Shown here piece by piece: positions 14,861 to 27,921 of a DNA stretch of 64,000 nt. The DNA is taken from assembly GCA_000165425.1 (NCBI GenBank), contig CT868665.1, forward strand, positions 62,001-126,000. Reading direction: 5' to 3'. The notes under the pieces were generated by a model. It was not told the origin of the DNA and did no database searches. It worked only from the letters and a program-made list of their open reading frames with translations. The position numbers and the translations under genes were made by a program. The first letter of the stretch is position 1. Each line of letters opens with the position of its first letter. The DNA is from Paramecium tetraurelia (taxonomy: Eukaryota).

Positions 14861-17405
14861 TCATTAATTTTTAAGTAACCTCAATTTCATCTCCATACTT
14901 GTAGATTATATTTCCTTATAAGGTTTTTAATTGACAATTGCGGTTCTTGTGTTTTATTATTATTCCAGTATTTTATTCCTCAAAACATCATAATTAACAC
15001 TCTTTCTTTCAGTTGAATTATCTTACTATTTATGTGATTAATTAAATTGCTAAACTTTTGAAATTACATATCGTTTTTAATACTTCTCTTGAGAAACATT
15101 ATTGATTGTGCATCCCATTTACTATTACTTTGTCATAGGGGATACACTTAGTTTTTACATTTGACTTCTTTTATCTCTTTTAGAAATATCGTTACTTGTA
15201 GTTATAGGTTTAGACATCTTATATTTTTCATAAACAATTCCAATTATTGAGTCTAGAGGATCAACAAAATCATTGATCGATTTTCTAATATCCAAATAAT
15301 TCAATGAAAAGAATTATAAATATGGTAACTATTCCTTAGCCATTTGATATGTGTAGTACCAACATAATGAATTTTCTGAAAATTATGCGTTTTATAATTT
15401 CAATATTGTATCATTTGAAACGTATTTTGAAATCCTTTCTGGAATACCATTCAAAGCAATTTTTGAATTGATTGGTATTAAGTCAGATAATTTCAAAAAG
15501 CTTTCACAATTTTCTTCATTTTATAAAATGCAACATAAAAATAAACATGAAATCTTTCTTAGAGTGATATTCTTTTTATCGTTCAAATTTTTCTAAATTT
15601 TATTTAAATCTTCATGATTAAAGGATTCAAACATTTTCCGTTTAAAACTTGGATTTTGATTCATATATTCCATTAATCTCAACATAGATTCAATGAGGGA
15701 TTCGATATCCGAATCAGAATTTTTTTTTAAATTTATCATATTAAATTAAATTATACATTTTTCATTGTAATTAGAAATGCAAATGCTTGGGCAACTTTTG
15801 AATATGTTTTTCAACTCTTTGTCTGTTTTTGGAATCTACCCTCTTGTTGATTTAATCCATTATTGTCATTTTAAGTTGATCAAACAACTCTCGATTTTTT
15901 TCAAGCACCCTCAAAAAGTTTAACAATTCAATTGGATCACAATCATCAATGATCTTTTTGATAATCTTTACCGACAGTGTAATATCTTGATTAGCATCTT
16001 TTTTAGAGGCCAAATATATTATGTTTGCTAAACCTTAAGCACTTGACATCTCATTATTAACTGCTTGAAGACTAAATTCAACCAATCTTCCGAGATTTGG
16101 TAGATATTTATCAATCTATAATAAAATGGCTGCTAATTCCTTGACATTAAAAGCAATATCATAATATTGATAATCAACTATGAATGTTGATATAGTTTTT
16201 TAGTATTATTGATAGGTTGCTAACTTCATCACCCCAGGGATATCAATTAACTTATTTTTTAAATATTCCTCAACCAAGGAATCTAATTCTAGGACATTAT
16301 TATTGTTAATTGAAATTAAATTAACAATGTTCTAAGGATGTATTATTTGTTTATTTTTTGTTATAAATTCACATAAGTTTATTTGATAATTTCGAAATAG
16401 ATTAACACAAAATTCCCCCATTTATTTTGGAGTCATCAAGAGAAGGATTTTATGCAAATTTCCTTCTTTAAATTCTTAATCAATGCGTTTTGGTTCAATT
16501 TATTTGAAATAAGTTCCACATAAATAAAATAATGGTAGATCTTCTTCATTGAGAGTCAACTTTCTCAAGACAAAGAAGAGTCTCTGCGCCAACAGATCAT
16601 CTTTGGATTAAGAGACTCCAATGAGCAATTACATCAAATCCTTTAATTCAACCTTGTCATTTAAAATAATCAGATTGGCTATCCTTCTTAACAGCTCTTG
16701 TTTGTTTCTCAGAAGACTTAAATTTTGATACAGAGTAATAAGGGACCATTGATTGGATTGATCAGAAGACAAATCCATCTTTTCGACTGAATTTGCCACC
16801 TAATTCAAAAAATTAGTGCCAATATCTGCGTAAATTCGACTTAAGAGTGCTAAATTCTTGAGATTGTAATCTTGCAAGCCGAATTTCGAGAGTTGAATAT
16901 AATTTTAAACCCAAGCACATTGGAGCAGTTGTTTTAATAGCTTTTTGTTATGTAGGAAATGGAGGACAGTGGTTGATTCTTTGTAATCTAATTATTGTGT
17001 TGTGATGATTTTGTTAAGTACGGAATGTGGTAGTGTATCGATAGCTGCATTAGGCATGCTTTGGAGGATCTGTAGATTGCATTGAGAATTCAATTGGAGA
17101 CATTTAAGCAAAAAGGGTTTTGATGGAAATCGTTTTTGAATAACATCATTTAAGTAATTTTAGTAAGAATTAAGAGGATCTTGTGTGATATCCTGGGCGT
17201 ACTTGACGAATTGGACTAATTGGTAGGAATCCTATTTAAACATGCCAATAATTCGATTCTGATTATCAGTAAGAGATTGATGTATAAGTATTTTGTCAAT
17301 TTGTTATTGATTCTGAAGGAGTAGTTTCAGGTAGGTAATGGCTGATGTACAATCATTTAGAGGTATGGTATTCAAAGATATGGTGAATTTAGCAGCTAAT
17401 TTCAT
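14861..17405 (-). CDS. Large helical (HEAT/ARM-like) protein of unknown function
   Basis: ATG 17405; long Leu/Ile-rich amphipathic open frame with a low-complexity tail; TGA 14861-14863. The HEAT-like fold is an inference from composition only. Confidence 0.6.
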
Positions 17406-17470
17406 ATTAAAATATATTGTTGTGAAAAGAAATAATAAACTCAATATCTAATCAAAATTAATCAGAGAAT

Positions 17471-17974
17471 TCAGTGTTTTCTGAAATTGCTGAATTGAAC
17501 TTGTTTATCAAAGCTAACCTTTTTGTTTGATTTAATAGATGCAATGGATTGTTGATCATTTGAGATGTGTTCAGAATTAGGATTGCCATTTTTGTGGATT
17601 CTAAGGATTGATTTAGGTTTTAGCAAATCAAAACTAGAGCTGTTTGGTTCGAATGATGCATTCTATAGATCATTCTTAACTAAGCTTTCATTGCATTGTG
17701 GTTATGGGTAACTCTTCTTTAGCCAAGGATGTGATATTGTATTGTCGATTTCTTCTGACTGTTATGCGGTAAAGGACATCTTTAACTCATCCATCTCAGT
17801 CTTCTGTAGTTGGGCGAGTTATGGAGAGTCTTCTCTCTCTATAGTGTCGTCTTCTAATTCGATTTTGAGGATTTTCTCCAGTTTGACGGCGAATGGAGGT
17901 CTCTTTATTGAGAGTTGAACTAGGACTTCTTGATTGGTAGAGGGAAGCTACTTTGGACAGATGCTTATTCCCAT
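17471..17974 (-). CDS. 167-aa protein with N-terminal MG..C acylation motif and SILK/RVxF PP1-docking motifs
   Basis: Intronless 504-nt ORF: MGISICPK...PKSILR...NKKVSFDKQVQF; TGA 17471-17473. Confidence 0.7.
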
Positions 17975-18023
17975 TTGATCTATTATGATTTGAATATTAA
18001 TTATATAATACAATTTAGAAGAA

Positions 18024-19604
18024 ATGAATTGTAATCTTTAGCAATATTTCAATAGAATACAAACTGGTTGGCAAAAAGGGAGAAGGAACATTCTCAGAAG
18101 TGATCAAATCACAATCATTCAAAACTGGAAATTATGTTGCAATTAAATGCATGAAAAATAAATTCACATCCATCGAACAAGTAAGACATACTGAATATGT
18201 GTAGGTTAATCATTTACGAGAGATACAGGCCTTAAGAAAGCTAAGTCCTCACGATCACATTATAAAGTTGATTGAAGTTCTTTAGTATGAAAATCATATA
18301 AATTTAATTTAGTGATGAACCCACAGGGCGTTTGGCTTTGGTGTTCGAGTTGATGGAACAGAATTTGTATGAACATATTAAAGGTATTATTACCAACATT
18401 TTAAATAGGCAGGAGATAACCTTTGAATCCTTAAAAAGTTAAATCTTTTATGTACTAACTGCTAAAATCTATTGAACATATGCACAGAAATGGCATCTTT
18501 CACAGAGACATTAAACCGTAATCAATATTCAAATTATTAGTGAAAACATTCTGCTAAACTCAGATCATCTCAAACTTGCCGATTTTGGATCATGCAAAGG
18601 AATCTACTCCAAACATCCCTATACTGAGTATTACTATCAATTTATGTCTCATTCTAGATATATCTCTACTAGATGGTACAGAGCCCCCGAATGCTTATTG
18701 ACAGATGGCTATTACGATCATAAAATGGATCTCTGGGGAGTAGGATGTGTCATGTTTGAAATCATCGCTTTATTTCCACTCTTCCCAGGAACCAATGAAT
18801 TAGATCAAGTCAACAAAATACACAACATCCTGGGAACTCCCAGCCAAAAAGTTTTCGATAGATTTAGAAAGTATTACCTTTATACTAGTTTAGACAAGCA
18901 ACTCATATGGAAATCAATTTCCCACCTAAACATGGCAGTGGCATTGATAGGTTGTTGTAAGGTTAAAGCAAGGAGTGCATTGATCTAATTAAATTATTGC
19001 TTATTTATGACCCTGAGGAAAGAATCAATGCCCAACAAGCCATAAGACATGAATATTTCAGAGAATTATATGAGGCTGATACTTAAAAGAGCTTTTAGCA
19101 TACTTTACAATAAATCAGAATATCGAATCACAGAGAGCAGTATGATTATAATTTATAATAATTAGGAATGACAACTCTTTGGAAAGGAGCCAGAGAATAG
19201 AAGAAAGTAAATAACAACATTAGATGAATTTCAAGAAAACTCAAAATTACTATGCGAAATCTTAGAAGAAGTCAGGAGTATATAATTATGTTATTGTTAA
19301 AGTTACCCTCTTTGTAGTTTGATTTGAGAGTTGAGAGCATCTATAAAAATACTTAACATCATGACAGTGATGATGATCTTGAGAAATAGTCATCTCATAA
19401 ATAAATGATGCTCCCATAGATTCCAAAATCTAAAAAATATGATCCTAAAAAAATATATGGCAAATAATAATACGGATCATCAAATTAGCCATATTAGTTC
19501 AATTCCAAAGGTGAGAAATTCTTTATATCTTAATAGGAAAAAAAGTGACTCATGGCTTGTAAGGTGATTACATAGTTTTGGGAAAGAAAGCAATGAATTA
19601 ATGA
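18024..19604 (+). CDS. MOK: MOK/RAGE (LF4-like) RCK-family protein kinase
   Basis: [48 protein letters not shown]. About 10 tiny introns; TGA 19602-19604. Confidence 0.9.
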
Positions 19605-19791
19605 TATATTTTAAGTTTTTAGTTGACTGATCAAATAATTTTGAATTTCAATAAGAAATATTTACAAATTTATATAATCAGTAAAAGTTTTCTATTTTTA
19701 TTCTAATATTTTAGATGAATTATTCTACGCTTTGAGAATTAGATTGTCAATTATATTATTTTATTTCTATGAACACAAATTATAAAATTAA

Positions 19792-21534
19792 TCATTAATT
19801 TTTTTACTCATCATCAACTTCATAAATTGCTTAATGTTAGTGATAATTTTTATAAGTAAACTTTCGTTTTAATGTTTAACTCTATACAAGTTTAGGACTA
19901 TTGTTAATGATTAATGTAGGATGTTGTCTAGCTGAATCTGGTGAACAAGTATCAGGTGACTGTTGATCGAATTCTTAAGTAGAAAATTTTTTAAATGCAC
20001 TCTTTTTAGGGTTTTCTGTAGGTGAACCATCAGCTAATGCTAAATTTTTACGTTTAGCGTGTTATGCTAATCTTGGACTATTCATAACAGGAACTTTAAT
20101 TTTAATTTTTTCATCTTCTACTTCATCCTCATCTCTTTATTTTGATTTCTATTTGATCTCTGGCAGTTGTAATTTATCTGATTTTTCCATTCGAAATGTG
20201 GAAGTCTGCCATAACTTCCCTTATCCAGAGCCTTTTTTCTAGGATTAGAATTTCAATTTTCTATCAGTAAAACCTCCCGAAAAAAATGGATGTTCCAAGG
20301 CCTATTATGCAGAGATTCTCTAATGTGGATCCACTTATAACATTAATTAAATAAGTTCCATGGCTGCTTAAGGCGTTCTGTAAATGCTTAGATTATCTAA
20401 ATTGATAATGCACTTCTTATTCAACTTTAAGATTTCATGATAATCATTTCCTGGAAACAAATCCTTTGAAGTGATTCTAATAAGCTTAACCATAAAATAG
20501 TTACAATTTATAGAAAATGCATCCCACACTAAAGATATCGCAAATCTTATCATATTTGAAAGTTAAATCTCTAAGATTTGCTATCTCAGGTGCGACATAT
20601 CCAGGTGTGCCACATTTGGGAAATGGGTAATTTTAGACATGGGTTTATGTTGCTAAACCAAAATCTACAATTCTCAATCCTGTGATTTAATTAGCTTCTT
20701 TAAACATAATATTTTCAGGTTTTAAATCTCTGTGCATTATGTCCAATTGATGCATTCTTGCAACTCCTGTCAAGATTTGCTATAAGACTAGAAATAGATA
20801 AATACCCATAATATTGATTTGATTTAGTCCCAGTTTAATTGTGTTAGTTACCCTTTACTTAAGACGTCGTGTAATGAGTTCCCTTTGAGATGTTCAAGTA
20901 TCAAATAAAATGTATTTTCTCCTTCATAGACTTCCTCCAATTTTACAACAGATTCGTGATCTAATATGGCCATCAAATTTATCTCGTTAAACAAGGCTTG
21001 CTAATAATATATTTCATATTTTACAAATCCACCATCTTCTTTTAGATATCTCTTTTCAACACATTTTGATGCGAAATCGTGCTTGTTATCTTTATCCACT
21101 ACAAGGTACACCTAGGAATAATGAAGATGTTTACTTTAGAAGATCCTCCCTTCCCTAATAATTTCAAGGGTTAATAGAAATCACTCACATCCTTGAACAT
21201 GATTTTATTTCTGAGATGAAATTTCAATTTTCTGATTTCCTCATCTTTAGCAACAAAATATTTGACTGAACCTTTGTACTCAAACCCAAATTAAGAAAGT
21301 TATCTGTCCTTTTCAAAAGTCCAACAAATCCTGGTTTCAAAATTCAATGGTAGTTAATATTTAGGCTATTAAGATTCGAGTTCCTTGAAAATTAATATTA
21401 ATGTGTACATTGGTAAGAATCATAGTGTCATCGATGATATATAGAAAGTAAGTGATATCTTTTAGTATATGCTTTCTCTGGCAAATTGTGCTGAAAGTTG
21501 CTAGGTCGTAATTGATTTGTGTTTTGCTTTGCAT
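19792..21534 (-). CDS. CAMK-group Ser/Thr kinase with N-terminal PH-like region
   Basis: GKGGSS, ASK, HRDLKPEN, DFG, KCGTPGYVAPEI. The start could lie further upstream (21661 or 21697); TGA 19792-19794. Confidence 0.85.
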
Positions 21535-21724
21535 CCAATTTATGAATATTAAATAAAATTATTTTAAATGCCCAGTTTAATACGATGAGCATAAATAATT
21601 AATCAGGAATTCTAAATCACATCTTTTAAATGTTCGCGATGTACAAACACAATATAGACATCTGGAGTAAATGTAATTAGTTTTAATATTGTAACATATT
21701 ATTAAATTAAAATTATTAGATATT

Positions 21725-23880
21725 TCAGAATTCATCATCAGATAGCACATCATAAGTATGAAAATACTATTTTGATATTTGAGTTTACATGATTCCTATT
21801 TTAATGTCCATATCTCTTATGTCATTCTTTCATAATAATAATATCAGTACTCTCAATTAATTGATTAATTATTTTTGTTTAGATCTATTATCAGCCAAAA
21901 CCGGTGTTCTTTCTTTTACATCCAATAACTATTAATTTAATTGTTGATCAATCTCCTATTTCTCACTGTTTCCTTTATTCAATTGAGAAATTTGAAATTG
22001 TAAATTAGATATCGTATTCCTGTTCTCTTTTAAAGTAATTTAAACGTTTTCAGGAATTTACTGAGTAACATTAGTTTCTAATTTGGGTAACAACTCTAGA
22101 TAATTAATCCATTATTATTATATTTCCTAAACTTCGCTCGACTTCAAGTGTTCAGAGAGTATAGATAATTACTTAAATTATAAATGGAATTACTTTAGAA
22201 CATTTGGAAATTGTGATTATTGTTCTCTCATAATCTTTTAGATATTGTTTATTAACCTTAAGATTAGCCTCAAATTTAGAGAACTCCTTCTCAACCCTAT
22301 TAAACTCTTTAGTCCATTCATTCATTGCAACTTTGGTTTCAATCACTTATCTATCTTAAGGAACTTGATTGTAATCAGTTGATTCATTATTATATTTCTT
22401 ATGATAAAATAGTATACTCTGAGTTAACTCATCTTATTCAACTTCTTCATTTTCATTCTCTTCCTCTTAAATCTCAACAAGATCTTCATTATCTATTTTA
22501 TTAACCTAAATCACAGAGCTTTCCAAATCTTTACCAAAATTGGGGGATTCAAATTTAAAATTTATTCTAATTAATTCTCTATTGAGTAAATCATTTAAAA
22601 TGAAGCAAACCATATCTCCACATCCTTATGAAATATGAGGAGATCCCAATTACTCTGGCAATTTTATACCCCATGCTTTGATATCAATAAGCAATTTTCT
22701 GGCAGTTTCTTCAACATTATGATAATTAAGTTTGATTGGTTGTGCCATTTTATTCTTTTTCTGTTTAGGCAAACTCATTAACCAGTAGCATAACTCAACG
22801 AAGTAATAGAACCTTTGATTTTGATTTACATTTTCATCTAAAGAAAAATAATATTTTGAAACTGGTTTCTTCTTCAAAGGAATACAGAAATATTCATGAT
22901 ATTGAACCAATGACAACTTTTCATAGATGTCCTTTATAAATTACATGATTTAATTACTTCCATCATCAAAACATTAATTATCTATGGAGTCTTCTTAGTG
23001 TCAAGAAAAGTATTGTGAATTTCTTTTGATTTCTATAAAACGGTGCTTGCATCAAGTCTTTTTTACGGATCGACTACAATCATGCCTTCTATGACATCCC
23101 TTAATTATTGGCTATATCGATTCGAGACTGGTTTAAATTCCCCTTTGGTGATATTATTAAATAAATCCATGAGAGACATCTTCTCGCTTTATTTGAAGGG
23201 ACTCTTGAACTCTGCCATCTCATATGCGATGCATCCCAATGACCAGATATCTGATTTCATATCATACCCTTCGCCATGAAGGAGCTCTTCCTTTTTAATG
23301 ATAATTTACCTCAGGTGACATATATAATGGTGTTCCAACTTTAGAGTAAGCCTCTATAGTCTCCGATGAAAATATGCGACCCAAACCCAAATCTCCAACT
23401 TTCAATGAGCCATCTCCTCCTATAAATATATTGGCTGGTTTCAAATCTCTGTGCATTATCCTCTTTTCATGCATATGGTCCAATGCACTTGCTATTTGCA
23501 TTATGTAATTCCATAATTGCACTTCCTCAAATGGAGTGTCATCAGATTAAGCATTTTTAATTAGTTTTTTCAAATCTCCCCTCTCTGCCCACTCTGTAGC
23601 TATAATCAATTCGTTGTTGTAAATGAATGAGTCCAAGTATTTTATAATGTTAGGATGATCCAAAGGCTGCATTAGTTTCACCTCTTTTAAGCATTTCTCC
23701 CTTTGTTTTGGATCCATCATATCAAAAATCTAACATAAATTCACAAATCACTTTAATCTTCTTCAATGCAACAACATTCCCCTCCTTATTCATCGCCTTG
23801 TACACCGTCGAGAATTTCCCCTCGCCTATGGCTTTTTAGACCTTGTATCCATTTATTTCTTGATCAATAAATTGAGACAT
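21725..23880 (-). CDS. NEK6/7-like kinase fused to a C-terminal IFT57-like domain
   Basis: Kinase motifs [44 protein letters not shown]. The frame continues into [65 protein letters not shown]. Introns 23730-23751, ~23285-23309, 22932-22957, 21827-21850. Confidence 0.85.
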
Positions 23881-23889
23881 TATTTAATA

Positions 23890-24497
23890 ATGTTAAATAC
23901 AAAACTAACTAAGTTCATAGATTCAAAAGCAGATCAGGTCAATTCATAGCTTAAGTCTGCTCAAAACACCATGCAAAACCAGACATCTCAATTAACTAAT
24001 TAAATTACAGAAGCAAATCAAACTATGAAGGTTGCTGCTCCTTTACTAAAAGCCATGGGTAAAGCTCTAATCCTATTTTTTTTAAAGGTCATTCAGAAGC
24101 TGCCCAAATTTCCAAGGGATTAGATTTGGCTTCAAAGAACCTGGTACCTATTATAGATTAGACCAATAAAACTATACAAAAGGGCACTGATATCGTTAAT
24201 TCTTAAATTTAAAAAGCATCTACCTTAGCAAATTAGTAAATTCAGAAAATTAATGTAAAATCTATATATCAATAATAAAGGAACAAGTTATGCCATAAAT
24301 AGAATCGGGTTAACAGATAATAAAATAATAATATGAAAAAGGAATGGAGGCGATTAAAGAAAATTAAAATTTTTAATCTATTGCTGTAAAAGCTGCAGTA
24401 ATAGGAATGGCAGTGAATTAAATAATGGAAACTCCAACAGATGATGGATCGGAAATATTGAATTAAAGAAAAGAAAATACATAATAATAACAATAAC

Positions 24498-24538
<41 letters not shown>

Positions 24539-24542
24539 TAAC

Positions 24543-24622
<80 letters not shown>

Positions 24623-26348
24623 TAATAGTCAATTAATTATAATACAACAAACTATATAAATACAGATCTTAATAAATAATAGTTAAAATAAGAATCTCAT
24701 TTCTTTCAAAATAAAATTAAATAATATATTAAAAAAATAACAGGGAAATAAGTTAATTCAAGAATTGAATATTTATGTCTTATCTAATAAAAATTAAAAG
24801 ATAATATTGATTCCAATTACTTGTCACAATCAAAATAATCATTAAAAAATGAAATGTGGAAAGCTGCTTATTAAGAGAGAAGAATTTAAAGTCATCAAAT
24901 TTTCGTATAGTATATGACAAAAATGGTTGAATTCATTTTTGAATACTTAACAATTGTTGAAACAGTATTTTAACAAATCAAAATGAGATACAAATCTTCC
25001 AATAATTCATTTGAAATGATTCTTAACTATTGCAACAATTTATCAATACAATTAGATTACTACACAACCTATAGTTATGTTTAACCATAGTAAAAATTCT
25101 TGAGTAGACTATTCACCAATTAAACAAAATAGTAAATAAAAAATGGTTAAAAAATGAAAAAATCAACCAAATCAAGTAACTAAAATGAAAATGCAGAAAC
25201 TCAAAATTAACAACAGAAGGAGGAGAAGGAAGATGTACAATTCTACCATCAAGAGCTATGCTAAAACTTTAATAATCTCGAGAGTGAATATTAATTGCAT
25301 ACAAATAATATCCAAATATTAAAGAACAATTTGAAAGGAGAATTAAGAGATAAATTAATAATATGCCAATAAATGAATCAATAAAAGATATCTGATTATT
25401 TGATGTAGGTTCAAGGTTAAAGAAATATCACTTTTGAGGCAGTCGAACAATTTTACAAGAGTTTCATCCAATATGAATAAATCTATTCTTAAAATGTAGA
25501 AGCAGCCTTTGAGGGAGGACAACAGATAAAAGATATCTACAATGAAGAATACAGAATGTATTGTAAATAATTAATTAAATTTAGATTATTTTAAATCCCT
25601 CATAAGATAATAGTAATAGTTTGGATTATTTACAACATATATTCTTAAAGAAATATCCCAATTTGAATACACACGAATAGAATTCCTTTAGAAAGCATTC
25701 ACACAATTAGCTGCCGAATTGGGAAAGTATTTTCAATTTCCAAACTAAAAAGCAATTAATTTCTCAAATCCATTAATATTATAATAGGCAAAGACAGCAT
25801 TTGACATAAATTAATTATTAACATCTGAATAGCTTGTAATAATCAAGAAATACTCAGGAATACCTCTACAGAATAACATTTCCACAGATATATATTCAGC
25901 ATTTGCTTCAAATTTCACAAGTAAGTAATATTCAAATTTTAGTACCTTCCCCCGAATCTCTTATGTCATTGTCTCCTTTGATTCTAAAAAAGTATGATGT
26001 TAAAAGGGATGTGGCATGGGAAAGATCATTAAGTTTTGGCAAAGACTTTGTGCCAACCAGTTTCATAATAACTGTTGATGGGTTTCTGCTATTTTATGAT
26101 ACAGATTGGAAGGAACAGAATAATGAGGAGCCAATTTAATGTCATAATTTCATGGTCATAAATGAAGTATTTAATGTGATATAATTCAACAGTTAGCGAT
26201 AAAGGAGAGATAAAGTGATGAGAATGTCGTAGAGTTGATTGTGAAGAAGCAAGGGAAACTGTTTGATACACATAAGAAATAAATATTAATGATGAATGAT
26301 GTAATGGAGAAGGAATCCCTAAAATTATTACTAAATTAATTTAAATGA
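23890..26348 (+). CDS. PolyQ-containing helical (BAR-like) protein with C-terminal PH-like region
   Basis: Open frame after removing tiny introns; 49-Gln tract; long coiled-coil middle; C-terminal FVPTSFIITVDGFLLFYD resembles PH strands; TGA 26346-26348. The start could alternatively be 23971. Confidence 0.6.
24482..24628 (+). repeat. (TAA/CAA)n trinucleotide repeat encoding 49 Gln
   Basis: 147 nt of TAA with interspersed CAA and a terminal TAG, in frame with the surrounding CDS. Confidence 0.9.
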
Positions 26349-26399
26349 TTTATTATGAAAATAAATGATACTTAAAATAAATATGGAATAAATAGACCA

Positions 26400-27775
26400 T
26401 CATTATCTTGATAAAATATATTGAGCATTTGTTGGTTAGTTAACATATTAATTATACTAAACTTGTTAAGACTATTCCAAATTGGAGTTTTGATTGTAAT
26501 AATAGTTATTGTAACCTGACAAGTTATCTTGACTGAAGGCCATTTAAGAAGCATTCTATTTTCTTTCAAATTATAAAAGTAAATCTTATTATTGATTTTG
26601 AGATGGTTATTCATTGGGACTTTAGTAATTCTTCGATCTCATTTGGATTGGGGTTGACGCTCTAACGCTTTGGTCTATAGAGTTCTATTAGAATTATGAT
26701 TAAGGTTATTGTATTTATGAAGGTTTGAAGCTCATAAGTAAGGCTTTGTTTTACGTGGGTTAAATTTTAGGTGGTGCATATGTTTCTTAGTTTTAAGTAG
26801 TTTCATTTTGATATTACTATTTAGAAAAATACTCTTATTTATCAGAGAGATTGTAATCTTTAGATGTAGAGTTTAATTTGAGTTTATGTTATTCAGGTTT
26901 GAAAATGAAATCGTCTCCATCATTGATTTAGTCTTTGCCCAACAATTAATCCAATTGCTAATCATGATTGAGAACATATTCTTGAAATCCATCTCTTGGT
27001 GGTTACAATTCCTTGATTAATTCTTTGCTTGGGAAGATAGCATCGCTGAACTCATCCTTTTATAAGATCTAGTCTTCATTCCTATTGAATCTCTTTAGAA
27101 ACATGTTGTATTCCTACTGAGTTAAGGATTGAATTTCGAATTTATTTAACAATTAATCCAAACATCGTTTATCAATAACAGGCAAATTACCCGCAACGTA
27201 CTTAAACACGGTTGTGAATTTCCACTCTACTAACTGAGCTAAATTCATTTTCTCTATTTCAATAGTTCTTAAATAATCGATCTCTTTATAAATCAACTTA
27301 GCCACAAACTCCTCTAAGTAAAATGACAGTTTGTCTATAAGTTATTAATATTCATTCATACATTTCCCTGCTTCCGAATACAATTTTCTGACTATGCATT
27401 ACATAGCTGCATCTCTATCATATCTGGGGACTATGAATTCAAGGAATAATTGGTATCTTAATTTATCATCCCCTTTACTCCATGTGAAGATCCAGAAATC
27501 ACAAAACTTTTAGTGTACACTGCATCCATTCTTACACATGAATCGAAAGATATCTTGTGAAGTAATATATCCTTTCATGTTTGAATCAATAGCTCTAAAT
27601 GCATCACTGATATCAAATCGGATATTCTCTGCTAATGTTATTTTCAATTCCTCAACCTAAAATAAACAACATTTAAAACTTCTCTTTCTGTGACTAAAAT
27701 AGTTCGAATAATGGTTATGAGTTTTTCACCTATTTTTCGTTGATGTTCATTTTCTGTGACTGTTGGGCTTAACAT
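26400..27775 (-). CDS. EF-hand protein
   Basis: FDISDAFRAIDSNMKGYITSQDI and FKYVAGNLPVIDKRCL repeat units with a Q-rich tail; ATG 27775, TGA 26400-26402. Confidence 0.75.
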
Positions 27776-27921
27776 TTATTTTAAAATGAATTATTAAATA
27801 AATTCTTATAATCATTAACTATTATATCTATGGTATATTAAAGAGATATTTAACTCAATTATTTGAATTATTATTGACGAGGATTTTAGAGATAAAATAA
27901 AAATGTAATTTAATAAAACTA

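Noticed and set aside
24269..24632. Poly-Leu and poly-Ile ORFs on the minus strand in the ORF track
   Set aside because: They are antisense readings of the (TAA)n polyQ tract of the plus-strand gene.
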